Positions 51,810 through 63,210 of a stretch of DNA of 64,000 nt are shown here, in pieces (the first letter of the stretch is position 1; each line of letters opens with the position of its first letter). The DNA is from Mobula hypostoma (taxonomy: Eukaryota). Where the stretch lies: positions 21,330,001-21,394,000 of the forward strand of contig NC_086097.1 in NCBI RefSeq assembly GCF_963921235.1, in the 5' to 3' direction. A program made the translations under genes and the position numbers. The notes under the pieces were generated by a model that searched no databases, was not told the origin of the DNA, and worked only from the letters and a program-made list of their open reading frames with translations.

Positions 51810-52361
51810 TAGTATGGCCTCCACAGAGCCCTGATCTCAACATAATCAAGGCTGTCTGGGATTATCTGGAGAGACAGAACCAAGCGAGACAGCTAAAGTC
51901 TGCGGAAGGACTGTGATAAGTTCTCTAAGATGCTTGGAACAACCTACCAGCTGATTTTCTTATAAAACTGCACTTCAGTGTACCTAGTTATAAAGGCAAA
52001 GGGTGGTAACACCAAATATTGATTTGATTCAGTTTTTTTTTACTATTTACTGCATTTTATAGTAAATTTTCTGATGTTTCGAAACTTTTCATTTCATTAT
52101 TTATGAACACATCTTTACTGTACAGAAACACGAGGAAATTTGCAGATGCTGGAATTTCAAGCAACACACATAAAAGTTGCTGGTGAACGCAGCAGGCCAG
52201 GCAGCATCTCCAGGAAGAGGTACAATCGACGTTTCGGGTCTCGGCCCGCAACGTCGACTGTACCTCTTCCTAGAGATGCTGCCTGTGCCTGCTGCGTTCA
52301 CCAGCAACTTTACTGTACAGAGTTTTTTTACATGTGCTCAAGACTTTCGCACGGTTCTGTA
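51810..52361 (+). mobile_element. Tc1-like 3' fragment (same family as 49369-49782)
   Basis: WPPQSPDLNIIKAVWDYLE...KAKGGNTKY and right TIR AAGACTTTCGCACGGTTCTG|TA. Confidence 0.88.
52127..52307. mobile_element. Young PLE-terminus fold-back element (long hairpin)
   Basis: ~65-bp inverted arms centred on GGGTCTCGGCCC (~52236-52247). 14-bp TSD CTTTACTGTACAGA (52113-52126, 52308-52321). Confidence 0.92.
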
Positions 52362-52424
52362 TGTGGTGAGGTTAGACGTTTGTATGTAGAATGATGGTCC
52401 TTGAATGGAGACGTTGCCCGATGG

Positions 52425-53150
52425 AACCCTCCTTTATGCTTCTGAGGCATGGACTACATATAGCAGGCACCTCAAAGTATTAGAGGTATACCCCTTTCGT
52501 TAGCTCTGCATAATCCTCCAAATCTATTGGGAGAACATGTGAGCCACCTTGAGTGTTAAATTTCAAGGTTAGCTTTGACACATGTAATAACAAACCATAC
52601 AGTGAAATGTGTTGTTTGTATCAAGGACCAATACAATCCAAGGATGTGCTGGGGACAGCCTGCAAGTGTCACCATGCTTCCGATGTCAACGTAGCATGCC
52701 TACAACCTCCCCTATGTCCTTTTGGAATATGGGAGGAAACTGGGGCACCTGGAGGAAATCCACACGGTCACGGGGGAATATACAAACTCCTTACAGAGAA
52801 CCCTGACCTTACAGCTGACACTGTAAAGCGTTTGTTAAGCGCTACGCTACCGTGTTCTCTGAACACCACCAGCATGAAAGCACAAATTACACTGGGTCAA
52901 CTGCAGTCTGCATAGGCCTTGTCATTCCCTTGCCACACACACTTGTCTCCCAAAATAGACACTATGCTGACCTTGACAAGAATCACTAGGTGGATGTAGG
53001 AAACACTACAAAGACGTTCTCAAAGTCTCTTTCATGAGCAGATACGTCCTCAGTGACTTGTAGGAATCCCAAGCTCATGACTTCTCAAAGTAGCAAAGGA
53101 GTATATGAGAGGGTTACACAAGAGATGGCAGGTGCTGGCTGGCAGACTGT
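52425..53150 (+). mobile_element. Decayed RTE/BovB-like 3' remnant interrupted by antisense V-SINE-like piece (~52555-52856)
   Basis: LLYASEAWTTYSRHLKVLE readable at ~52429-52485. GGAGGAAACTGGGGCACCTGGAGGAAATCCAC is an antisense V domain. Confidence 0.65.
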
Positions 53151-53374
53151 CCTGATGCAGGGTTCAGATTCAGATTTGCTTTTCACGTGTACATCGAAAC
53201 ACACAGTGAAATATGTCCTCTGTCTCAACAACAAACACACCCAAGGATGTGCTGGGGCAGCCCGCAGGTCTCGCCACGTATTCAGGTGCCAACACAGCGT
53301 GCCCACGGTGTTCAGTAGAATAACACAAGCAGCAACAACAAAATGAAACAAGAAAACAGTAAAACAAGCATCTT

Positions 53375-53375
<1 letters not shown>

Positions 53376-53410
<35 letters not shown>
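53376..53410. repeat. (CA)n microsatellite
   Basis: Direct reading. Confidence 0.97.
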
Positions 53411-53412
<2 letters not shown>

Positions 53413-54613
53413 ACACAGACTCTTTGAACTGAAATGTCTACAGTTCCTTTCCTCCCAAAAACCCTGCGCAAACTGCTGAAGTCCCTCCAGCAGATTGTAG
53501 TGTCTACATACACGGTGGTTTTGAGGACAGTCTCCAAAGTAGAGATTAAAGTCTTTAATCAACTACTTGGGGGTGAGGTGAGCTCAAAGGACAGCCTTCA
53601 ATCCACTTGTTGGAAGCATACAGATGCCCAGCATTCGTGGTACTAGGGAGTACACAGCCTCTCTTATGATCCACTTGCCCACACTTCAGGCACCTCCTTC
53701 CCTATGAAACTGTCTCATTGATCACCTCAGAACCCACAGAACTGGAGTTGAAGCAGGTTATTCTCAAACCCAGGGAACAGCCTCCAAAGTGGAGTTTAGA
53801 CTTTAATCAGCTTTCTGGGGGTGAGGTGGGCTCAAGCGATAGTCTTGTATTTCTGTGCTAAGGTGGTAGCCTGCTGTACTTTGATTGGCAACCGGAAATA
53901 CTTTTAAGAGATTCAGTTTGACACCGTGAATGATTCATCTCCTGGGGCCCTGCAGTTCTAAGATTAAATGATGATGTTTTTCGCAAATTGATATTGCTCC
54001 CAGTGACATATTTGTCAATCTTAAAAGCATGTCTTTTAAAATAAAAATCAGGAGTAAAGGAAGTTAAGCAGGAAAAATGTTCCGTAGGAATGTGGGAGGA
54101 ATTTACAGTGGGTCAAAGAGATAATGTTTGGCCGTCCAACCTGTCATGCCTCTTCACTCACGGTAATCAGCTGATTGATGACCTTTGTCCATATCGCTTC
54201 CTCTCCCCGTATCACTTCAAACCTTTACTGACAAAGACATAAAACTCAGATTTTAAAGTTAATAACTACTGTAAGCCAGCAACAGTTTCAGCTTGAGGAA
54301 AAGCTTTCCAAATGTCTACATACCTCTTTGTGCTGTCATTTGTTTATTCACTTGGAGATAGAACACAGAACGGGCCTTACTAGCCCAGCAAGCCTAGCAA
54401 CCCACCTATTTAACTCTAGCCTAATCATCGGACAATTTAAGATGTAAAATAGTTTTTCTCTATCTGTTCTCCTTAATGTCTTAAGTTCTTAAACTTATTT
54501 TCTTCAGGACTCTGAGGCTAGCATTGAGAGTCAAACGCTTGTGCTAAATTGCTTTTCAGAAGCAGGGAAGTTCCTGAATTCAGAACTGGAAAACAATAGA
54601 TTACGACCTAAAG

Positions 54614-54689
54614 CAGGATTTCCCAATCTGGGGCCCACGAGCCCCTCAGTAGTAGAGGTCCATGATATAAAAAAGGTTGGGAACCCCTA
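54614..54689. mobile_element. hAT (Charlie-like) MITE, 76 bp
   Basis: CAGGATTTCCCAA...TTGGGAACCCCTA with 8-bp TSD ACCTAAAG/ATCTAAAG. Confidence 0.8.
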
Positions 54690-55243
54690 ATCTAAAGCAA
54701 TATTCCGTCGAGGTGTTGAGGGTGTGCTGTTGGATACAGTGATAAATAGTCAGCTTCCCATCTGTTTAGCTGTGATGCAAAAGATTGCAAATTCATCCAA
54801 GGTTTGATGCAGCATTCAAAGATAAGCTGGAGGGGTTTCCATAGCGCTTCGATCAATGTTTATCCGTCAAACAGCATCCATGAAACGGACCTGTCTGTAA
54901 TTTATTTTGCATTGGCAGTCACCCGTACTACAAATGATCTTGAGGATAAATCAGCCATAATCGAGTGGCAAAGCAGACTCGATGGGCTGAATGGCGTAAT
55001 TCCACTCCTATGTCTTATGGACACTTTTGATTGTGAGTCTGCTCAGCGTAAGATAAGGTAATTTCTTTATACACTGTGGCAGGGTGTAGGGGGGCTCATG
55101 AGAGAAAGAGTTTTGGGGGGAGGGGAACCAGGGTCAGTGATCAGAAGAGGCAGTTGGGACTCAGTTCAAGTTCAGGTGATTTGTGGTGCTGAGATTAGGG
55201 GAGAGGTTTATTTTGTTTTATATTATTTTTACTTTATTTAGAG

Positions 55244-55294
55244 CAGGGGTTCTCATCCTGGGGTCCATGACATGAAAAAGGTTGGAAATGCCTG
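55244..55294. mobile_element. hAT (Charlie-like) MITE, 51 bp
   Basis: CAGGGGTTCTCA...TGGAAATGCCTG with perfect 8-bp TSD ATTTAGAG (55236-55243, 55295-55302). Confidence 0.87.
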
Positions 55295-55299
55295 ATTTA

Positions 55300-56160
55300 G
55301 AGATAAAGCACGGAACAGGCTCTCCTAGCTCGATGAACATACCCACCTATTAGCTTTCATAAGTCGAGGGATAGAGTTTAAGAGTCGCGATGTAATGATG
55401 CAGCTCTATAAAACTCTGGTTAGGCCGCACTTGGAGTACTGTGTCCAATTCTGGTCACCTCCCTATAGGAAGGATGTGGAAGCATTGGAAAGGGTACAGA
55501 GGAGATTTACCAGGATGCTGCCCAGTTTAGAGAGTATGCATTATGCTCAGAGATTAAGGGAACTAGGGCTTTACTCTTTGGAGAGAAGGAGGATGAGAGG
55601 AGACATGATAGAGGTGTACAAGATAATAAGAGGAATAGATAGAGTGGATAGCCAGCGCCTCTTCCCCAGGGCACCACTGCTCAATACAAGAGGACATGGC
55701 TTTAAGGTAAGGGGTGGGAAGTTCAAGGGGGATATTAGAGGAAGGTTTTTTACTCTTAGAGAGTGGTTGGTGCGTGGAATGCACTGCCTGAGTCAGTGGT
55801 GGAGGCAGATACACTCGTGAAGTTTAGGAGACTACTAGACAGGTATATGGAGGAATTTAAGGTGGGGAGTTATATGGGAGGCAGGGTTTGAGGGTCGGCA
55901 CAACATTGTGGGCCGAAGGGCCTGTAATGTGCCGTTATGTTCTATGTTCTATGTTCGATTTAACCCCAGCCTAATCATGGGATAATTTACAATGACCAAT
56001 TAACCTACTAACCAGTAAATCTGTGGAATGTGTGAGGAAACCGGACCCTCATGCGCTCAAGGGAAGAACGCACAAACTTTCTGAAAATGGATGCTGGAAT
56101 TGAACTGCAAACTCCAACGCCCTGAGCTGTAATAGTGTTGTGCTAACTGCTACCGTTAGA
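55300..56160 (-). mobile_element. HE1/V-SINE-like element split by a CR1
   Basis: ACCCACCTAT...TTAACCCCAGCCTAATCA...GAGGAAACCGG...CTAACTGCTAC. Unsplit junction seen at ~54400-54425. Confidence 0.7.
55351..55956 (+). mobile_element. Young CR1 3' fragment (same subfamily as 4527-6057)
   Basis: ORF 55395..55820 is nearly identical to sequence at 5450-6057. (TTCTATG)n tail. Confidence 0.95.
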
Positions 56161-56689
56161 GTCATGAGAATGGGATTATAATTAAGATGAGTGTAAATGG
56201 CAGTATGGATTTGAAGAGCCCGTTCACCCGCTGCATCTCTCTATGATGTTTTGACTCTGTGCTCCAGCCATCTGAGTCCCATCTCATTGTTTCAGTCAGC
56301 TGTTGGTGGTCGCCCTGCACAATAGTAAATAAATGACAACAATGTTCTGGCTCTTTGCCCGTGAGTAGAAATGAATTTATTTTTCAGGATGCCAGCCAGT
56401 GAACTTGAGGAGCTGTGGTATGTGAGGATGGGAGTAAAGTAAGTGGACGAACAAAGTCAGCTTACTCGGGAAACAGAATCTATTTAAAAGGCACAGCAAC
56501 TGGAAACTGCGGTACCCTCACTTGGGGAAAAAAAAACGAAGTGACCAGCACTTCTGTTGAAATTGTGTGCTGAAAATTAATTTCTGAAACATGCAGCTCA
56601 TACTCTGAAAGTATAAAACTCATTGTGATTACTAGAGCCTTTCAAGCAGCCATTTCCCAAGTCAAGCTTTGAGCTTAGATTCTGCATCC

Positions 56690-57770
56690 AGAATCAGAAT
56701 CAGGTTTAGCATCACTGGTGTGTGTTGTGAATTTTTTTTGTTATACGGCAGTACAGTGAAATGTATAATAAAAACTCTGAATTACAGTAAGTGTGTGAGT
56801 GTGTGTGTATATATATTTAAATAGTGTACAGTGTACGTAGTTAAATGAGTTAAATTAAACAAGTAGTACATAAAATGTAGTGAGGTCATGGGTTTAAAGT
56901 CCATTCGGAAATCGGATGGCAGAGGGGAGGAAGCTGTTCCTGAATCATTGAGTGTGTGCCTTCAAGTTCCTGTACCTCCTTCCTGTTGGTAGCAATGAGA
57001 AGAGAATGGTAGGGGTCTGTAATGTTGGATGCTGCCTTTTTGAGGCATCTCTTCTTGAAGATGTCCTAGAAGCTATGGAGGTTAGTGCCCATGATGGAGC
57101 TGACTGAGTTCACAACTTTCTGCATCGTCTTTCAATCCTGTGCAGTGCTTCCCCACCCATACCAGAGGATGATGTAGCCAGATAGAATGCTCTCCATGGT
57201 ACATTTGAAGAAATTTGCGTGTGTCTTTGATGACGTACCAAATCTACTCAAGCTCCTAAGGAAATATAGTCGCTGTCATGCCTTCTTTGTAACGACATCG
57301 ATATGTTGAACCCAGTTTAGATCCCGAGATGTTGATACCCAGGAACTTGAAATTGCTAACAAGAGAAAATCTGCAGATGCTGGAAATCCAAGTAACACAC
57401 ACAAAATCCTGGAGGAACTCAGCCTGGCCTGCTAAGTTCCTCCAACATTTTGCATGTGTTAATGTAAAATTGCTCACTCTTTCCACTTCTGATCACTCCA
57501 TGAGGACTGGCGTGTGTTTCCTCATCTTTCTGAAATCGACAATCAGTTCTTTAGTTTTACTTACACTGAGTGCAAGGTTGTAGCTGTGACACCACTCAAC
57601 TAGCTGATATAGCTCGCTCCTGCATGCCTTCTCGTCACCATCTGAAATTCTGCTGACAATAGTTGTGTCATCAGCAAATTTACTTGTGGCACGTGAGCTG
57701 TGCCTAGTCACACAGTCATGGGTGTAGACACGGTTCAGTGCGCAAGGAGGAGATGCTAATCTGCATAATT
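56690..57770 (-). mobile_element. Degenerate Rex-type LINE
   Basis: KFADDTTIVSRISDGDE...[17 protein letters not shown] and (GATTCT)n tail on the minus strand. Confidence 0.88.
57358..57466. mobile_element. Short PLE-terminus fold-back element
   Basis: 8-bp TSD AAATTGCT (57350-57357, 57467-57474). Arms GGAGGAACTCAGC / GCTAAGTTCCTCC. Confidence 0.82.
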
Positions 57771-57792
57771 TGCTTTTCCACTGAATTTAGTG

Positions 57793-58348
57793 CAGACATC
57801 CCACCTCTCCCGGAAGTTCCGGGTGTCTCCAGCATATTAATAGTGTCTCCCTGATGCCTGCAAATTATATACAATGTCCCGGAAATCAATTTTTTTGAGA
57901 GCGAGAGAGAGAGAGCGTGAGAGTGAGGCCGCGAGAGAGCGCGAGAGCGACCACGAGAGCGAGAGAGAGAGAGAGAGAGGGAGCAAGCGCGCGTCATGAC
58001 AGAGTGTTCCAAAGTAAGAAAATATAAAGCGTACGTCACCCCAGACTACACTAAAGTGTACCCCTGCCTAATAGGGGTCAAAAATAATGACAGTGTTGCT
58101 CGCTGCACTGTTTGCAACAGTGACTTTTCTATTGCCCGTGGTGCATTAAGACTGTAAAAGACATGTTGAGGTGAGTTTAACAGGTGTCATTCATTCCTTA
58201 GCATAGCTAACGTTATTTAAACTAGCTGGCTGGCTGCTAAGGAGCTACTCTATTGCAGATATTCCACTTCTCCCGGAAGTTCCGGGAGTCTCCTGCAAAT
58301 TGATGGTGTTACCTCCCTGAAATGAGTTTTTGCTGGGTGGGATGTCTG
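57793..58348 (+). mobile_element. hAT-like DNA transposon deletion derivative with BED zinc-finger remnant
   Basis: 13-bp TIR CAGACATCCCACC/GGTGGGATGTCTG. ATG 57996 reads ...ARCTVCNSDFSIARG, frameshift, DCKRHVE, then GTGAGT. Internal (GA)n tract. Confidence 0.85.
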
Positions 58349-58429
58349 TTAATGTCATAAACAAACTTTGTCAAACAGGGCGGGCTCTCCCTGAATTCAT
58401 GCTGGATCTGCCTGATAGAGTGAAGGTGC

Positions 58430-59240
58430 TCAGCAAACCGATGGAGTTAAAGATAGATAAGTCCCCTGGTCCTGATGGAATGCATCCCTGAGTACTGTAA
58501 GAATGGCGAAGGTGATGCTAGAGAAATTTGAGGTAATTTACCAAAATTTTCTGGACTTTGGGCAGGTTCTGTCGGATTGAAAGATAGCAAATGCTGTGCC
58601 ACTGTTTGAAAAAGGACATGGGAAGAGGGAAGGTAACTATGGGACAGTTAGCTTAACATGTATGGTCTGGAACATGCTTGAAGCTATCATTAAAGATGAA
58701 GTACTGAGACATTTTACTTGTTGAAAGATGTACTGTTTTTGGAGGTGATGCAGAGGAGTTTCACCAGATTGATACCGGAGATGAGGGGGTGAGCCTGTGA
58801 GGAGAAGATTGAGTCACCTGGGACTATGCTCATTAGAATTCAAAAGAGTGAGAGGAGATCTTATAGAAATCCATAAGTTTATAAAAGGCTAAAAAAGATA
58901 GAGGTTGGAAAGTTGTTTCCACTGGTAGGTGAGACTAGAACTAGCAGACAAAGCCTCAAGATTAGGGAGAAAAGATTTAGGATGAAAATGAGGAGGAACT
59001 GCTTTTCCCAGAGAGTAGTGAATCTGTGTAATACTTTGCTCAAGGAAGTCTCGGAGGCCATCTAATTAAACACTGTATATTTAAGACTCAGATAGATATT
59101 TGCATAGTAGGGGAATTAAGGGTTTATGGGGAAAGGGCAGGTAGTTGAAGCCGGGTCCACCGTCAGCCATGCTCTTATTGAATGGCAGAGCAGGCTCAAT
59201 GGGCCGGATGGTCCATCCCTGCTCTTAGTTCTTATGCATA
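58430..59240 (+). mobile_element. Degenerate, internally deleted CR1
   Basis: DKSPGPDGMHP-like start fused to C-terminal region and tail. Confidence 0.8.
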
Positions 59241-59316
59241 TATATCTTTATGTACATTTGGTTCCTCTCCCAGTCATGTACTTGGTGTTTCTGAACTCCT
59301 TAACCAGTGAGAACAG

Positions 59317-61039
59317 TTTAGAAACCATAGAAAAACTACAGCACAGAAACAGGCCTTTTGGCCCTTCTTGGCTGTGCCGAACCATTTTCTGCCTAGTCCC
59401 ACTGACCTGCACACGGACCATATCCCTCCATACACCTCCCATCCATGTATCTGTCCAATTTATTCTTAAATGTTAAAAAAGAACCCGCATTTACCACCTC
59501 ATCTGGCAGCTCATTCCACACTCCCACCACTCTCTGTGTGAAGAACCCCCCCCCAATGTTCCCTTTAAACTTTTCCCCCTTCACCCTTATCCCATGTCCT
59601 CCGGTTTTTTTCTCCCCTTGCCTCAGTGGAAAAAGCTTGCTTGCATTCACTCTATCTATACCCATCATAATTTTATATACCTCTGTCAAATCTCCCCTCA
59701 TTCTTCTACACTCCAGGGAATGAAGTCCTAACCTATTACCTGGAGTATTGTGTGCAGTTTTGGTCCCCTAATCTGAGGAAAGACATCCTTGCCATAGAGG
59801 GAGTACAAAGAAGGTTCACCAGATTGACTCCTGGGATGGCAGGACTTTCATATGATGAAAGACTGGATGAACTAGGCTTATACTCGTTGGAATTTAGAAG
59901 ATTGAGGGGGGATCTGATTGAAACGTATAAAATCCTAAAGGGATTGGACAGGCTAGATGCAGGAAGATTGTTCCCGATGTTGGGGAAGTCCAGAACGAGG
60001 GGTCACAGTTTGAGGATAAAGGGGAAGCCTTTTAGGACCGAGATGAGGAAAAACTTCTTCACACAGAGAGTGGTAAATCTGTGGAATTCTCTGCCACAGG
60101 AAACAGTTGAGGCCAGTTCATTAGCTATATTTAAGAGGGAGTTAGATATGGCCCTTGTGGCTAAAGGGATCAGGGGTATGGAGGGAAGGCTGGTACAGGG
60201 TTCTGAGTTGGATGATCAGCCATGATCATACTGAATGGCGGTGCAGGCTCGAAGGGCCGAATGGCCTACTCCTGCACCTATTTTCTATGTTTCTATATTC
60301 AACCTTTCTCTGTAACTGAGTTTCTCAAGTCCCTGCAACATCCTTGTAAACCTTCTCTGCACTCTTTCAACCTTATTAATATCCTCCCTGTAATTTGGTG
60401 ACCAACACTGAACACAATACTCCAGATTCGGCCTCACCAATGCCTTATACAACCTCATCATAACATTACAGCTCTTATACTCAATACTTTGATTAATAAA
60501 GGCCAATGTACCAAAAGCTCTCTTTACGACTCTATCTACCTGTGACGCCACTTTTAGGGAATTTTGTATCTGTATTCCCAGATCCCTCTGTTCTACTGCT
60601 GTCCTCAGTGCCTTACCATTTACCCTGTATGTTCTACCTTGGTTTGTCCTTCCAACGTGCAATACCTCACACTTGTCTGTATTAAACTCCATCTGCCATT
60701 TTTCAGCCCATTTTTCCAGCTGGTCCAAGTCCCTCTATAAGCTTTGAAAACCTTCCTCACTGTCCACTACACCTCCAATCTTTGTATCATCAGCATATTT
60801 GCTGATCCAATTTACCACATTATCATCCAGGTCATTGATATAGATGACAGATAACAATGGACCCAGCACTGATCCCTGTGACACACCACTAGTCACAGGC
60901 CTCCACTCTGAGAAGCAATTCTCTATCACCACTCTCTGGCTTCTTCCATTGAGCCAATGTCTAATCCAATTTACCACCTCTCCATGTACATTGCGACTGA
61001 ATTTTCCTAACTAACCTCCCATGCGGGACCTTGTCAAAG
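59317..61039 (-). mobile_element. CR1 (RT to 3' tail) split by an opposite-strand CR1
   Basis: ORFs 60735..60977 (KYADD), 60285..60728 and 59393..59701 are consecutive. Confidence 0.94.
59738..60295 (+). mobile_element. Young CR1 3' fragment
   Basis: ORF 59752..60225, tail CCTATTTTCTATGTTTCTA and TATT duplication (59734-59737, 60296-60299). Confidence 0.94.
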
Positions 61040-62134
61040 TTTCTCTTGATCTTATTTAGATGCCTCCTTATTTTGAACACCTCTACCAAATCTCTGCTCT
61101 AATGAAAGCATTCCCTGTCTTTCCTGCCAAATTAAATCCTCATCCCTGCAGCTGTTGAGTGCTTCTTTCATGCACCAAGCCCAAAGTTTTCACCATGACA
61201 AAGTTCAGCAATAGGTTTAACCTTAAGATCAGGCAGAGGAGGCACCAAATGGATTTTGCTGGTTCTGTAAATTCTAACGCTAAGAAATTCCTTGTGCCAA
61301 TAGTGCTTGCCACTTTATTTATTAAACATGATTGAGAGTGAATATGCAAAATCAAAACTGAAATTAACCAGCAGGGATCAGATGGTTATTTTTTTCCCTC
61401 TCACCATTCTGAATATGATAGCATCAAACAATAGATTGAGTTCTTGAGCCAACTCGTTTCCCAGGTTAGTCTAATGAGAAGATTAGAAAGGAGATGAGAA
61501 GTGGTTTCTTGATATGCATTCAAAAATTAGTGAATTAATGTGGCCGTCATGAAGAATGCGCTCTTTATTGGAAAAGTGGGAGCTTGATCTCTCACATCCA
61601 TTAAATTTCATGCCTGATGGTACATGGCACCCAGACTGCTTTGTAATGTCTCTTTAAAGCAGTTAAAGCAAGACATATTGCACTAAACGGATGTTAACAT
61701 CCAGATTTGTTCCCTCGGGCCACATCCAGAGCAGCTGGCTGTGGTCAATTGGAGTGCACATATCCACCCCAATGATACATCAGTAAAAAAAGGAACCATT
61801 CCATGAAAATGTGTAGGCACTTTGTTCCGGCAGCAATGTATGGCCACAGCTTTGACATGTTCACAATGGAACCTATGGTATGAGTAGATCAGGAGCATGT
61901 TAAATGCCTTTGGGACTCCAGTACACCATGCCCATTTTATCCACTGATATACCATTCATGAATCCACAGCCTGCCAGGCTCAGCCCGAGGAATCACTTCA
62001 GACTATTGAGGACTCTCAATGTCATTCTGGAGATTGAGGCTGCAGCAGGGGTCTGCAGTGTGGCTAAGTGGATCGAGTAGAGTGCTTGTTCAGAAGGTCT
62101 GCCACATAAAATTGAAGCTGGATCACACAGTGCT

Positions 62135-62615
62135 AACCTGCCCACTCATCTCCTCCCTCACCTCCGTTCAGTGGTCCAAACAGCCATTCCAGGTGAGGCT
62201 ACACTTCACCCTTGAATCTGCTGGGGTCATCTATTGCTTCTGATGCTCCCAACACAGTCTGCTCTACATTGGTGAGACCTGTTGTAAATTGCGAGACCGC
62301 TTTGTCAAGCATCTCTGCTCCATCTGCCAAAAGTGGAACTTCCTGGTGGCTGAACTTTTTCTCTTTCCTGTTCCAGTATGTCGGTCCATGTTTTCGTCTT
62401 GTGCCAAGATAAGGCCAGCATCAGGGTGGAGGAGTAACACCGTATATTCCGTCTGGGTAACCTCCAACCTGGTGGCATGAATATGGATCTCTCCTTCCAA
62501 TGAAAACCTATTTCTCTCCCCCTCCCTTTTCTTCTATTCTCCACACTGGTCTCTTAGCTCTTCTCACCTGTCTGTCACTTCCACCTGGGTCCCCTCCTCC
62601 CTACCTTTCTCCGCT
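62135..62615 (+). mobile_element. Decayed Penelope-like 3' fragment (GIY-YIG region)
   Basis: SSLTSVQWSKQPFQVRLHFTLESAGVIYC. Colinear with 29200-29750. Confidence 0.87.
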
Positions 62616-62693
62616 CCGCAGACTTGTGTTTATAGATCACACGGTCGTTGTTTAATCCATGGAGGTAGCATTGCTTGCAGATTTCATGATATA

Positions 62694-63210
62694 CACTCAG
62701 TGGCCACTTTATTACGTACACCTGTACACCTCGCTGACACAATATCTAATCACCCAATCAGGTGGCAGTAGCTCAATGCATATAAAAGCATGCAGACATG
62801 GTCAAGAGGTTCAGTTGTTGTTCAGACCAAGCATCAGAATGGGGAAGAAATTTGATTAAGTGACTTTGGCTGTGGAATGATTGTTGATGCCAGAAGGATA
62901 GTTTGAGTATCTCAGAAACTGTTGATCTCCTGGGGTTTTCACGCATAACTGTCTCTGGAGTTTACAGCGAATATTATGAAAAATTTTTAAAAATCCAATA
63001 AGTGATGGTTCTGTAGGCAAAAACATCTTGTTAATGAGAGAGGTCGGCTGAACATGGAGACTGAGTCCAGCTGACAGAAACTCAGGTAACATGTTACAAC
63101 AGTGGTGTGCAGAAGAGCATCTCTGAATGCACAGCACGTCAAAGCTTGAAGTGGATGAGCTGTATTAACTGAGGGCCATGAACGTACACTCTGGTCACTT
63201 TATTAGGTAC
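62694..63210 (+). mobile_element. Tc1-like transposon 5' derivative
   Basis: TA|CACTCAGTGGCCACTTTATTA, then MGKKFD*SDFGCGMIV remnant. Terminal sequence recurs in direct orientation at 63187-63210. Confidence 0.85.
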
